From positions 1 to 64,000 of the forward strand of contig BQFW01000009.1 of assembly GCA_020891255.1 (NCBI GenBank): a stretch of 64,000 bases of DNA, written 5' to 3'. A program made the translations under genes and the position numbers. This stretch comes from Entomortierella parvispora E1425 (taxonomy: Eukaryota; Fungi; Mortierellomycota). Shown here piece after piece: positions 47,112-60,800 of the stretch. The notes under the pieces are model-generated. The model was not told the origin of the DNA. It saw only the letters and a program-made list of their open reading frames with translations, and made no database searches. Position 1 is the first letter of the stretch, and the number at the start of each line of letters is the position of its first letter.

Positions 47112-47637
47112 CGTTTTATCCACCGACGCATTTGCATTTCTGATGTCGAACTTCCTGAGCTTGATCGTTTTGTGCGCCTTTACGGATTGAGGCTCTGCAT
47201 GAGATCACCCCTTTGATATATGAGAACCGTGAGGGGAGGGCAGAATTCCGAGGTTCGCTCAGGCAAGGAGGTAGAACAATTTCGACTGGGAATCCTGTTC
47301 CTGCAGCTGCTGAATCGTGAACTCGGACAAGGTTTGGTCCACACGCTTGGTGGGAATAAATCACGCTGTTGAAAACACTTGTCTTGCATATAAACACAAG
47401 CCAGGTAAACCATGCGCAGTGGCAGCTGGAGACGACAACAGTGGGGTTGATGTGCCATCATTTCGATCTCAATTGGTCAGTTCGAGTGATAATACATCCT
47501 TTTTGTTTTGCCATTTGCCTTACATCGGACGACAAATAGATGCTTTCCTGTACAGAAATCCAGACGACAAATAAGAGAATCGGACGACAAGGAAGGGGCT
47601 GTCGGACCGGACGAATTCAATGGTTACCTTTGTGGCC

Positions 47638-47671
<34 letters not shown>

Positions 47672-47721
47672 TTTGACAAATATCAAAAAGTTGGCCACAA
47701 AGGTCACCATTGAATTGATTT

Positions 47722-48770
47722 TCGAGGAACTGGCGAGCGACATCGACAGCTGTGGCGGAAGTGGCACTGGGGACCAAGTGTGCGAGCTTGAGCTTGTCGA
47801 CAAAGACCGTGATGGCATGAGGTTGCAGGCTGTGGGCGAGGCGGACAGATGAAGTCCATGATGACGACGTGACGACGTCCAGCGCCGAGAAGGGATGGGA
47901 AGGGGCTGCAGCAACCGTGCCGGTCGCTCCTGAGATCCTTTGTTCCTCTGACACGCTTCGCAGGTGGTAACGTCGAGCTTGGTGTCCTTGACGGTGTGTG
48001 GCCAACACACAAAGCAGCACAGGCTGTCGTAAGTCTTCTGAAAGCCAAAGCGTCCAGAGGTGGTGGAGTCGTGGGCGTTGCACGGGACGGTGAAGCGGAT
48101 GGAAGCGTGCCGAAGTATGGCCAGTGAGTCAGGTTCTCGTCAGTGCAAGCAGAGGGTGTTGTTCAGGAACTGATGTCCATTGGCAACCCTTCCTTTCAAG
48201 CAGTTCTCATAGATGGGTCCGAGGCAAGGGTCGCTCTCGTAGTCTTGCACAAGCTGGTCGCGGATGTCAGAGGAGAGGGGCAGACTGAGGTTGTGGGGCT
48301 CGACGGTGTCAAGGTCGCGGTAGTCCGGTCGGCGAGAGAGGTCGTCGGGCACGATATTGTCAACTCCTCGCTTGTACTTGAATTCAAAGTCTTGTGCCTG
48401 CAGCAGCTCCAACCAGTGGGCTTGTCGACGAGTGAGTTTGGGGTGGGAGGGGAAGTGGCGGAGATTGACATGGTCGGCGTCGAGAATGAGCTTGGTGCCC
48501 TCAAGGTAGTAGTAGCGCGTAACTCCCGCTCATGGGTGGATCAGTTCAGCTTGTTGCATCTTTCTGGAAGGGGATGAGCGTTGTCATGTTGGTCCAGCTG
48601 GAGCAGCACTGCATCCATGGCGAAACCAGATGCATCCGTGTCAACGATGGTAATGAGGCCAGGGTCGAATATGCGCGAGGGCGGAGCAGAGGTCGCGCTT
48701 GATCTTGATGAATGATGAATAGAATCCTGCTGATGGTCGGTCCATGTGAGTGTTGTTGGCGAGGAGGGGA
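47722..48770 (-). mobile_element. Degenerate Ty3 remnant (RT end, RNase H, integrase start) related to the 19.5-22 kb element
   Basis: IVDTDASGFAMDAVLLQ, MELLQAQDFEFKYKRGVDNIVPDDLSRRPDY and MDFICP..ITVFVDKL, with many short deletions. Confidence 0.88.
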
Positions 48771-49997
48771 AAAAAGTCAAAAAAAACGGAGCTGAAAAAC
48801 AGGCCAAAAAAGGAAACTGCATCGCACACGATTGTTTTCCCTGATGTTTTTTCGGGATCCTGCGCCTGCTTCTTTTGTCGGCTCTCTTTCTCCTTGCATG
48901 CACACCCTCGCCCTTGCTCCGTCTTCGTCTGGTCTACCCTCGCTGCCATTTATCGTCCTTTTGCAACACGACGCAACAAAGAACGTACACAGGACGCCCT
49001 TGGGCCAGTGATGTCATTCAATTGAAGTTTGCTCGTGTTGTTATTGTTAATGATGGCCAATGCCTTCATTCGATGCCTGTGGACATTTCGAAAAGGACTG
49101 CAAGCGACCACGACAATGAGGACATTTCGGGGTTACATTTTAAGCCGGGTCGATTGTCACAGAGTCGCACAGTTGGTCATGGGTTCATTTTGGCTCGAGG
49201 TCGTTTGCATCGCTCCAGGGGTAGGTTGACTGGCTTTAAGATTGACTCGAGAGGGATGCTGCCATCAACTAACAACTAACATATTCTTGTTTTGCATACA
49301 GATCCTCCACTGCTGAAAGATGCCCTGGACATTAGCCTGCCTCCTTTCTTCGAGTCCAAGAGAATCACTTTCTTGATTCTTCGAGTTGAGTGGCCCTTGA
49401 TTCTCGCTGGAAAGCAGAAAAAAGCAGATTTTCAGAAAGAATCAAAAAGTGATTCTCTTGGGCACACAGGAAAGGAGGGCGGCATTCATGCTGCTGTTCT
49501 TCCCGGGTGGCAAGAGATTGGACAAATCATGTCGGTGTACCCGATGTTCAAGTGTGGCAATCTGTACCTTATGGTCCACGCACGCCATGTCACTATCCCC
49601 GACAACCTTGCAGAGCTTGGAACGATCGGTGCCCAGACAAAGATACGGAATGATCTAAGAGCCACCAATGAGCAGGGACTGGCTCCGGTCTGTAAGGCCA
49701 TATCATCAGAAAAAAGAGATCGGCATTGTTCATCTTCTTGTCTTCGCACTCACAAGGGTCGAAACGACTCTGAACTCCCAAGTTTAAGACCTTTTTGAGG
49801 AAGGCTTAAGTGCTCTCCACTGCTACCACCTGCACACAAGGATGCACCTTAACGCTGTCTCATCCTGCACAATGTTTCACTGTACATGTACATCGTGCCT
49901 TCAAGCGGTGCCCGTTCCTTTTTTAACCATTGCACATCTTTGGTTCGGTTATAAAACACGAGTTTAGTTGATAGTAAGCCTAAAATAAAGTCACTCC

Positions 49998-50823
49998 TTA
50001 AATGCCCATTCCATCGTCAATCACAGTTCCGTTGAGATCCATGATGGAAAAGTACTCAGCGATGAACTCCAATGGGTTGGCAAGAGTCAGAGCGCTTGCG
50101 TCCTTGATGATTATCTTCCGAGTGCCATCACGCTTGATAGAGGTTTCGAACATGGCGCACGGCTCCGTAGTGTCCTCGTCGCAAATTTTATACTTTGTTT
50201 TGGTGGACATGTCGCAGAATACCCCCTCCTGGACGCTGTAAAACGAAGATCCCCAAGAGGTAGGACTGTCGCACAAGTCTATAGCGCTGTAGGACCTGTG
50301 GATGCGAGCACGGTTGCCAAAAGCCTTCTTGTGCTCGGCCGCAAGCCCTTCAATGGCTCTTTTTCTTGCGTGAACTCCACCCGAAGCAACACCAACACCA
50401 AGCCCGCAGAGGTTCACTCCTTGCTGGTATTTGATGCCCTCCTTCCCCATAACTCCGGCGTTGATGTTAATGAAGTACGGGGTATTAGAAGCTGTATTAT
50501 CAGCGTCCAACCATCCGCAGCGTAAATCTCTGCCTCCATACTGCTGACCAGAGTAATTCCACGCGTAGCCGCAGAGATAAAGGATGTCGCCAGGAACAAC
50601 ACCCTCGTTGGAATAATTCGGCGGAGGGAAGTTGCTGCTGGCCTGTCAGGACACAGTCGCCATGCAGATGGCATCCGAAAGGTATCGCCGCCCGCGCGTG
50701 AGTAACCAGATGTTTCCAATCTGCGAGTTTCTTGTCAAAGCAATGTTGGCAAGGGCTTCTTTTTTCTCTGGGACAACGAAGGTTATTTGCCTGACTGAAG
50801 ATATTAGAATTGCGGCCATTTAA
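49998..50823 (-). pseudogene. Probable pseudogene of a Cys-containing fungal secreted-type protein
   Basis: One frame reads SDAICMATVS*QAS..LCGYAWNYSG..CGWLDADNT..SVQEGVFCDMSTK..ICD, with an internal TGA where Trp is plausible. The EGxFCDMxTK motif is recalled from uncharacterised fungal proteins. Confidence 0.45.
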
Positions 50824-52029
50824 GAAAAGAAACTCTTCGACAGGTGTGGTCTACATGTGGCTGTAGATGATTGAGTACGACAGTGCTCAACTTCAGCTGC
50901 GTTCTTGAGCTGATTTTTTCGGGTAAATTGGCGAACTCGCGGTGTTTCTCTGATCCAGTGCCGTCGCCCCTCTGTAGTCTCCTCTTTAATCGTTACTTTC
51001 TAGTTTTCTGTCGCACACAGTCCTTCTAGACATCGCTTCTACATTCCAGCAAGTACTTTTGGAGCAAAGCTCGACACTTCTAAGAATTCGGAGAGGGATG
51101 ACCTGGAGCTGCACATCTTTGAAGAAGAAATGTCGCGCATGGGATATGGATGGGTGCATCGTGTGTAACGTGAAGACTTTCCTAGAATTCTGACTGGTAA
51201 ATATCAGCTGTGCGACCCTCTTTCACTCGGGATTCTGTTGTTGAGAAGTTTTGGCCAAGGCGGACAGGCTTTTGTCCTTTCCTGTTCGTCGCTATTGCCA
51301 TAGTAGTCTCCGGCATATTTCCCAACAGCGCAGAAATCTTCGTGCAGGAAGCAATAATGCTATATTTTTTTTTCCTGCGTTTTGGAAATAGAACGGCGAG
51401 AACATCTACTTTTCCAATCCTCTCTCCAACTTCGACTGATAAATAGCAATGCTTTCTTTACACTTCTTGGATCTCTCACCAATTCTGATTCCTGTACCAT
51501 TCTCCCATCTTCTTTTCCTCTATTGTTGCATTTCTGTCTTTTCTTTCACTCCCGTCATTGTCCTGTGGCTGTATCAAGCAATCACAAGCTAGCCCGCAAG
51601 ACCCTTTTACGCCATCCTGCCAGATCAACTTGGCCATCTACGGGAAGTTCTTGACAGTTCGATTTTGATAGCCCTTCGAGGTAAGAAATACCAAGAGATC
51701 CCTTTCTATTGTCATGACAGACTCGCAATTGACCCTTATAATCACTTTCTCTAGAAGACGGAAATGTCAAAGAAAGTGTTGCTGGGGAATGTTGGAGACG
51801 TCATGGCCGGTGAAGTTCATGCTTGTGACAACTGTTGCTACCGGACTAATGGAGAATGGACGACGTCTTTGTGCTCCCCCTTCTTGTGCTGGCATTCATG
51901 ATACGCGACAAGACTTTATTTTGAAAGTTTGGGCAAAAGAGGCGTTCAGACTACCGGAGGACAAAAATGATCCAAATAAACTGAGTCTCAACACCAAGTG
52001 TTTCTGTTGTGTAAGTCAAAAACAACCAG

Positions 52030-52280
52030 GATGGAGGCTGTGACCTCTAGTCCACTCACACCTCTTTGACAACGGAACCGTGAACAAGACCAGTAGAAGG
52101 GTCAGTCAGGCCTGCAGTTGGGGATGTAGATATTCGATGATGAATCGGACAACTGTTTGAATTTATGATCTTTTTTCTGAGGCCGTCGACATTGTCAACT
52201 GTTGTATTGTTGGGGTTGATTGTGAAAACACCCCTCACTCTCTCCTGATAAACAAAACAACTTTCGATATGAAGAGACGA
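52030..52280 (-). pseudogene. Possible Crinkler Ubl-header remnant
   Basis: SCFVYQERVRGVFTINPNNTTVDNVDGLRKKI..VVKEV*..SQPPS loosely follows the CRN header pattern. Confidence 0.3.
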
Positions 52281-54418
52281 CGGGGGAACTTTACACGTGG
52301 ATTTATTCGAATGTACAAGTTGGTGAGTGATCTGAAGAAAAGTTCGGACCAAGCATGCATTCTGCTGGGTAACGATGGTGGCGATCTGGTGCATGGTGGT
52401 CTGGATGATTATGAGAGAAGTAAAGATCCTCTGCCTGGTGAGCGCCAATATCATATGGAAGGCTGCAAGGTCCAAATTGAATGCCGAAAACGTCATAATA
52501 TGTCAACCATCTAAAAAGATTTCCTTCATGCCGCAGTCCTTGCTTCCATGCTATGGGATCTCTATGAGTGTCGCATCCTTCTTATTCCAGAGTTGGGAGG
52601 AACTCTCCCGAGATTACAGCACCCACGTCCTCGTCCTTGTAGTTAGATCCTGACACAGATCCAGAAGCAGGGCTGGGTGTAGAATCGGATCTCCCCCATC
52701 GCCAAAGTGTCTCCCGTGGACAGGGTACTAAAAGAAGCCTGTGTGGATGCCAGTTTGCTATCCTTCGACTTTGGCCTAGTTCCTGAAAGTTTCAGAAAGC
52801 GGCAAGAGCCTTGGGACCTGAATCACAGCACTACTCGCTGGGAACCAAGACCATGGAGCGCATTACTGAATACAAGACCGGGTCCAATCCGATGATGGTC
52901 CTATTCTTTAGAATCGAATCCGAGGGCGATAAATCCCCCAAATTATTTCCAGACCAGAGGCCCCAAGAAGGGCTGAAAGCGAGTCGTCATTGACTGTTGG
53001 GGGATGCCTCCAAGACCTTTCGAGAAGGGTGGGTGGGTGGTGGCTGCTGATGTTGCCTCTTTTGGTGAAGATGACTCTAGGGCTGCAGTGGATGCCCCAT
53101 CATCTTGACGCGTCCTTGTGCCTTGTCCATATCCTCCAGTACTTCAGAAAGCGCAGTGGGACCACACCGAGTCAAAGGATAGTGGCTGTTGAAGACTTGC
53201 GTAGATCGTACCTCAGATACTTACTGAAATAGAAAAGGGGACAGGTTTGCCTGGAGAGCAATAGGAGAGCAGTGAGGATGGTGCGACTGGTGCGAATCTG
53301 CACGATTCTTCGCTCCCGATTAGGTCCTCCACGAATTAATGCCATGTTCTCCCTCACATGCGATGAACAGAGGTGATGGATGGATCCAGGATCTTTCTGA
53401 TTGACCAATGTGATTGACTCCAGGTGCTCATGCCTTGATCCATGACCTGAGGAAAGTGATGCAAGGAGGTGGAATGATCTTCCAAGAGAGGGGAGTCAAC
53501 AGTGGTTGTCCTGTCGGGCCCTTTTGTTTCGTCCGTGTCCTCTGCGGATGCAGGAAGCACTGAGGGACTATAACCATGGGTCAAAGGTTAGTGGTCGTTG
53601 ACGACTCGCGAGCAGTAGTTATCATAGTAGTTCATTTATTGAATCAGGAAAAGAAGCATCCTTGCCTGGAAAATAACTGGAGAGCAGCCAAGGAGAACTA
53701 CCATGGTGCGACTGGGGAGACTGATCATTGCTCCCGATGAGCACTATGGATGCATCGCATCTTTTGTGTTGCAGATCAGGTTGAGGTCATGACGAGAATG
53801 AGTGGACAGTGATGATGGTATGATGGCCAAGAGAAAGAGAGGGGATGGCGACGCAAGGGACGAGTCGACTGGAAGCAAGGCGACGAAAGGGGATGCAGGA
53901 ACGAAGGAAACGAAGGGAAGGAAGGAAGGAAGGAAGGAAGACAAAGAGAGAGGACGCGTCCCTGCATCCGACCCTGATTGCACCCTTCCTTCCCGTCCGT
54001 TTGTCTTGCTTGATCGCCAGCGCTACTGTTCTGCTGCCATATTCGTCTCTTCGGATCGAGCATGGCCTCTTCTCTTCACTCGCACTCGATCTTACTCTCA
54101 CCCATGTATAGTACAGTACCTACATAGACTACTTACTTGCTCATCGTCAACCCACCCACCGGCAGGTCGATCTCCTCCCTCCCTGTCTTCCCTGTCTGGA
54201 GAGCTGAATTCGGCACCTGAAAGAGAGAAGCAGAAGGGCGCAATTCGATTCAAATTGCTCACAAGACGCTCCAAATACTTTGTACTTTTTGCCGTCTTGT
54301 GCATCTCTCTCTCTCTCTCTCTCTCTCTTCTTTCTTTCGTTTGTTCTTTACCTTTCCTCATCCTTCTTTTCCGATTCTCTTCTTGCTTTAAACCACCCAG
54401 TCTATATTATCCCGTACG

Positions 54419-56378
54419 ATGACCTCGCTTTCTACAGCCGGGCCCCTGGTGATCATCGCAGGAGCGGGGATCGGTGGTCTTTTGCTCGCCCAGCTTCTCG
54501 AGCGAGCCGGCATCTCTTATCATGTGTTTGAGCGTGCAGCAAAGGTCAAACCTCTTGGTAAGAAGAAAGAGAGGGCAGCCAGGGTTAGCTGTCCAATGAA
54601 TCAATAAGGTCGACCAATAATACTAATCCTCCATCTTGTCGCTGGATGAACGCAGGCGCGGCTACGACGCTCCGCCCCACAGTTCTCCCCATCTTTGAAC
54701 AACTGGGAATGATGGAAGAGCTCGAGCGAATTTCTGTAGAACTGGAGACCGCGCAAGTCCGTGACGAGAAATTGCGTGTCATTGGAACCGTTGGGATGAA
54801 AAGGCAGAGGGAGATGTAAGCCCTCTTTGATATATGAGCGACCAAGAAAGAGTCCAATCAAAGCGATTCATATTTTCGCTCCACCAGTAATCTCGACTGA
54901 TCTGAACATCCATGGTTCAATTTATTAGAAGCGGTTACCAGAGTCTACTCTTTGTTCGCCCCGATTTTTACGACTTGCTGCTTTCTCGGGTGACAGTGGC
55001 CAAGATCAGCTTTGGGAAAAAAATCTTGAAAGTAGAGGAAAACGAGGAAACAGGAAAGGTTGTCATCCATTGCTCCGACAACTCTGCTTATGAAGGCGAT
55101 ATCCTTGTGGGAGCCGATGGTGCCTACAGCGCTGTGCGCCAAAATATCTATAAGAAAGCCAAGGAGCAAGGAGTATTGCCGAAATCAGATTCTGAAGACC
55201 TTATCGCAGGGTTCACCACGATGGTCGGGGTGACCGCTCCTTTGGACCTTGATAATTATCCGGACCTCAAGGATGGAAAATGCCACAGTGAATTCGTTAT
55301 TGGGGGCATGTCGCACAGTGTACGTTGGTACTCGGACAATGAAAGGGAGGCCAAAGCTTGTACTCACTTGTCATTTTGAGTTCTGACTGTTCACTTCACT
55401 TTATTATTTTTTTTTGCTCCAAAGTGGGCGCTCATGCAAGTTCCTGGAGCTCGCGTAGCATGGGCATGCAGTCTTCAGTACCAAGATCCTGAGGATGCGA
55501 AGCGTCACATGTTTAAGAGCTCCGAGTGGGGCAGCGAGTCTATAGGTCCCATGTTGAACGAGTTTCGTCAACAACCTAGTCCCTATGGAGGTATTCTGGG
55601 GGACATCTTTGATGCCACTCCTCAGGATACCATCTCCAAGGTGTACCTTGAGCACAAAATGTTTGAAACTTGGTTCTACAAGAGATCCGTCCTCATTGGT
55701 GATGGTAAATCGAAACTGCTTGGGAAAAAAAAAGAGTCTCTCCATTAGCTACTTGCCATGTTTATCGTCCTTGTCGTAATGTCAAGTCAACAACAAACAA
55801 CTCATTCATACCCGTCTTTCATTCCTTCACGTTCTCAATAGCATGCCACAAGGTACAGAGTGCACTTTAATTTCGTAGATGGAGTTCCAAAGTGTCAGCT
55901 CGGATATTTACAATCTCGTTCTTCTTTCTCAAAACAAACAAAAAAAAAATAGATGCTTCCAGCTGCAGGCCAAGGTGCTGTCAACGCTCTTCAAGATGCC
56001 GTCATCCTTGCAAACTGCCTCTACGATCTCAAGGACAATTCTCAGAAGAGTATCACTGATGCATTCAAGAGCTACTATGACCAGAGATACGGATATGCCA
56101 AGGCTCATTATGAGTCGAGCAAAATGTACATGAAACTCATCGGAGGCTCGAACTGGACGGATAAACTGGCACGAACCATTGTGCTGAAGTACTTGCCGGA
56201 ATCCATCCTGCAAAGGCAACTTGCCAAGGCTGCGAGCTATCGTCCCCAGGTGAATTTCTTGCCACAAGTTGAACCCCGCGGTTCAGGGCCTGTCCTAGCT
56301 CAATTTCCTTCAAAGAGATATACTCGAGAACAGCAAGAAAAGGACAAAAATGAGAAAAAGGACCCGGTCGTTGTCTGA
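54419..56378 (+). CDS. FAD-dependent monooxygenase, join(54419..54557,54656..54815,54929..55319,55425..55704,55842..55852,55953..56378), ~468 aa
   Basis: IIAGAGIGGL, LVGADGAYS and LIGDACHKMLPAAGQG motifs; the last is assembled across an 11-nt micro-exon. All introns are GT-AG. Confidence 0.93.
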
Positions 56379-57827
56379 TGAATCATAGAGCTTTATTCTT
56401 GTTAGACAACGAAAACTAAAATCAATTTTCCATTCAAAGGCTATCACAACACCTCATGCTTGAATGGTGCACCTACATTTGAAAACACGAAAAACTGCAA
56501 TGCACAGACACGTTCCAGAGATGGGGGTTAGAGATCTAGATATAAGCCTGAATTGCCCCTTCCACCTGTCGAATCCAATGTTCCTGATGTTGATGACCCA
56601 AGCGCCATTGTCGAGGGAAAGGGCTGACTCTGATGACAACCACTGCCTGCCGCAGGTTGTCCGCTCGTCTTTAGCAATTCCAGCTTCATCGTTGAGCTAG
56701 GTTAACGCTGACGTTGGCTCTACGACCCTCTGCCAGCCAGATACGCAGCAAGATCTCGATGTCCTGGATCAAAAACAATGAAGACTGAGGTCCAATCGTC
56801 CACCCGTTTTTCCTAGTTTCAATGAGACCATGGAAGCTGTCAAAGATAGCCTCGAAGGTAAGCGAGTTTCGTGCAAGATCCGAACAAGCCATCCGGGAGA
56901 AGCCCAGTAGCGAACCGTCTGATTCAGATAAGGAGAGGGCTCCAAGGTCTGAACCAAGCCTGGCCTTGCTCATGCTGCTCTGTACAAACGCGTCGGAGGA
57001 ATTTGAAGATATATAAAGATCGGTCCTGACCAAACTGCAGTCGTCTGTCGTGAATTGCAGTCCATCGCAGTCCTATAGTCAAAATGAAGGCAGCAACCTT
57101 TGAGTGGACATACATCCCTGTACTCTGTCGTAGGAACTACATGGTTGTTGACAATTTCAAAAGTGCTCCCGTCCATGGTTCCGTGGAGGCTCTTTTGTTT
57201 TCTTTCAGCAAAAAACGCTACTGGCCTTCAATGTGCCACGCCACGGAAGATTTCCTGATAGCCCTACGACCTACAAAACAAAGAGGGATCAGATGCCGCA
57301 GACTTGGGACAAGTATCAAACCATCGGTCCTTTCTTTGCTCTTTACCTCGACATCTGATTTCTCCGTGAGACTGTACATGTACATGGCCTGTCCCGATGG
57401 GTCGAATATAAATACAATGCATTCGCGATAGAGCATCGCAATGCTATGGATTGCTGAACATGAGCAGGGTGCAAAGCACATTGGATGAATGGCGCCAAGC
57501 AACCCTTGCTTTGAACTGTATCATGGGACAGAGAGACAATGAAGATGCAGAGAGGCAAGGGAGTGGATGAATAATGAATGAATGAATGAATGAATAGACG
57601 TTTGACGACCACCGGCCTTGTGGGGAACTGCGGCGGACTTTGAAGGGGTCAAGAATACAGTAAGTCACGTTCCGAGCCATAAAAGTCCCCGTGCACCGTG
57701 CACCTTCCTCCATCACTCTTTCTGTCACGCACTCTGCCTCTCTCAACCACAACTAAACAATCAACCTGTTGCTCGAAGATTCATTTATTCGCCACTTGCA
57801 ACACTCGCTCGAACCATTCTCTCCACA

Positions 57828-60800
57828 ATGATAAAGAACAAAGGCAAAGCGAAAGCGAAATCAAGCAGCAACCTCCCACAGAGATTTTCAGGAAGCTCGA
57901 CGAACCAACGACAGAGTTCTACAAGCTGGTCCTCCGCAGTGGACTCGTCCTCACAACCAGCCTCCTCTCTATCCGCCATGTTCGACAGCACCATGGCCAG
58001 CAAGAAGCTGCGCCTGAACTGTATCGTGGATGGTGAATCGAGCTCATTCCCTGTTGATATTGAATCTTCAGAATCTGTCAGCAAGCTCAAGGAAAAAATC
58101 AAGAAAGAAAAAGACCCCGAATTCAACAAGATCGCCGCTGACAAGCTCACTCTCTTTCATATCGACGGTGGAGCCACCAAGGGACAGCTTTCTACTGCAT
58201 CTCGCAAAGAGCTTGCTAACGAACTCGAGAATCTTGAGACTCACTTTCGAAATGGCGCAGACAGAAGCCTCATTTACATTGTCGTCCAACCACCCTCTCA
58301 AGGTAATGCAACAGGCTTCATTCTCACTCGCATTATCTTGTTTGTGAAAGGCTGTATGCAGCTCTGCCTTTCTCCAATTGCAGTTGTTGCTCGTGATGTG
58401 GTCATCATGTGACGATTGTTTGTCATTTCAGTTGTTTCCTTGTAAGCCTTGCTGATCTATCCTTGCCTTTTCACGTTCAAGCCTCGACTCCTAGCACGGC
58501 GCAGTCAGGTGTGTCTATCATGCAGTAGCCCACGTAGAGCCCTGTGTCTGATGATCACATCTAAATCCCTGAAAAGTGGCGCTATGCTGACTGCATTCTT
58601 TTTCATTTCAAATAGAGGAATGGCAACAATGTGTTGAACAGATTGAGGACAGATTCTTTGCATCTGAGTTGGACAATTACAATTACACAAACCTCATTCA
58701 GTTCGTCAAAGGTGGTGCGAACATTACAATAACAGGAGGAACCCTGGGCGGTCTACCCTCTGTTCTTCCCCGTGCTGGCGGGGAAACGAACCAGCCCAGT
58801 CTCTTGTTTCTGAACCTACCAGAATCGGTCAAGATACAGGATCCCCCCAGTACAGCTGATAAAGCGCTCAAAAAGATTCGTGGTCGAGCGATTCCCCTGC
58901 TGCCGGTCTTCGGTGTGTCTGGATGCGGGAAAACGAGGACGATGATGGAGATGCTCTGCAAAAACTGGGGCTTTTATTTCAACGGAAGCGGCACGGATTA
59001 CGGCTCCGGTGACCTCCTCCGATTTCTCAGGCTTGTCCATCGAGAGCAGCGATACCGAAATCAAGACGAAGAGAGCAATACTCATGTTCACATATTGACT
59101 CTGGCTCTTGTTCTTACTCGTGTCATGATTTTGCACCGGTGTCTTGACATTGCGGAGCGCGAAGGGACGACATTTACTTGCAAACAGTGGATGCTATTGC
59201 AGATTGGTTTCCGCACGATGGGTGTTGAGGACCTGTTTTCGAACTTGTTTTCGTTGGTTGCGAATGTAATCCACGCTCGTTCTATAACCATCTTGACCAT
59301 GGGAGTCTTCGTTGAAGCACGATTCTCCGCTCTTCGCAAACGTCTTCTGGAACTCACCTTTGACACGCCGTCCCAGCACTTGGGCTACAAGATCCTTTTA
59401 GTGGTTGACGAAGCTCAAAATCTCGGCAAGGTGGAATTTGGAACTTTTCCTTCACAACAAATGCCCTCGGAAGCCCAGAGACGAGCTGGAGCTGCCCCTC
59501 TTGTCAACAATATGCGACCGATCCTCTCCCCCTTGGTTCACGGGTTCTACCAAATCTCTACCGACGATAACACTTTTTGCGTAGTACCCTGTGGGACTGG
59601 CCTCAGCATTTTCGATTTGACATGGCTCGAAGACTCGGCTCCTGTCCCCAAAGGTTATCAAAAGCAGCTTGGGCCATTCACCGATTTCCAAGGCTGGGAA
59701 TCAGACGAACAAGTCCAGCAGTACCGAGACCTTGTGTATTCCTCACTACACGATGCCGACGCAAGAGATAATTTCAATGCGCATGTGCCACGCGAATCGA
59801 TTCCAATGCTCTTTAAACGCTTGCGTGGGCGTTTTAGGCCCATTGTTTCCGCCATCGGTGAGTAATGTCAAATGTTTACTGTTGTCCCAAGCTAGAAAGA
59901 AAGGAAGAGAAAGAAGCGGAAGATGACGGAAGACAGTTGCACTAACCACCTATTCAATATCTAATGATAGAGCGCATGATCATGCCTAGCAATGCCGGGC
60001 TTGATTGGAGACTAGCGATCCAGGAAACAGAGAATTCGTTGTCATCAACAGATTCCCTGTATTATGGCAAGGGAAACATCGCTTTCGACATATCACGAAT
60101 GGTTCAAACAGTTCACAGTTCGCCGTCGCGATACAGAAACTATCGAAACATAGAAAACACCCTCAGGGCTTTTGTGTTGGGATACTACCTTCACGGGCGT
60201 GGTTTGCTTCTCAATAAGAAGGAGGCGCCGCTGGTGGAGGCATCTGTCGGGAGGATCCTTAATTTCGGCAAAGATACCGTGACAGTCCTTGATGAACCCT
60301 TTGCATTGCGCGCGGCTGTGAACTATTTTCGTCAGCATGACCCAGGCTTTCATAGTGCGATCTGTTCGTTGTTTGGTTTGGGATTCAATGCGTCAGTGCA
60401 TGGACACCAATGGGAAATGGCAGTGCAGCCGAGCCTAGCATGCGCTTTCCACGACAAAATCTTGTCGAAAACAGAGCTCATTCCGAAGGGGACGAAGTCT
60501 TACGATCCGGTCATGAATGGCAGGGCTGAGATTGCTGGATACAACGACAATCACGTCACCCTTGGGACCGACTCTGGAAGTATGACACTTGATGCGTTTC
60601 GGGATGCTCACGTTCATCACGGTTCATTCAAGGATGGTGAGCCAGTTTCGCCATTTTACCATCCTGCCGAGATACCGTCAGGACCCGATATTGTGTTTGT
60701 TCTTCATCTCGACAATCATGGCTACTGTCCCGTTTTCGTTCAGTTGAAGATGCGACGCAAGATGACAATGGAAGATACTCTTGGTGCGTTCTCTACGGTC

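Noticed and set aside
48875-49798. ORFs 48875-49279 and 49292-49798 as another CRN remnant
   Set aside because: Only a vague VIVNDGQ..PVDISK resemblance; no junction motif, GTAATG donor or NTPase motif.
50900-53500. Short ORFs between 50.9 and 53.5 kb and at 56.4-57.5 kb
   Set aside because: No recognisable motifs or consistent exon chains apart from the weak CRN-like remnant listed; left unannotated.
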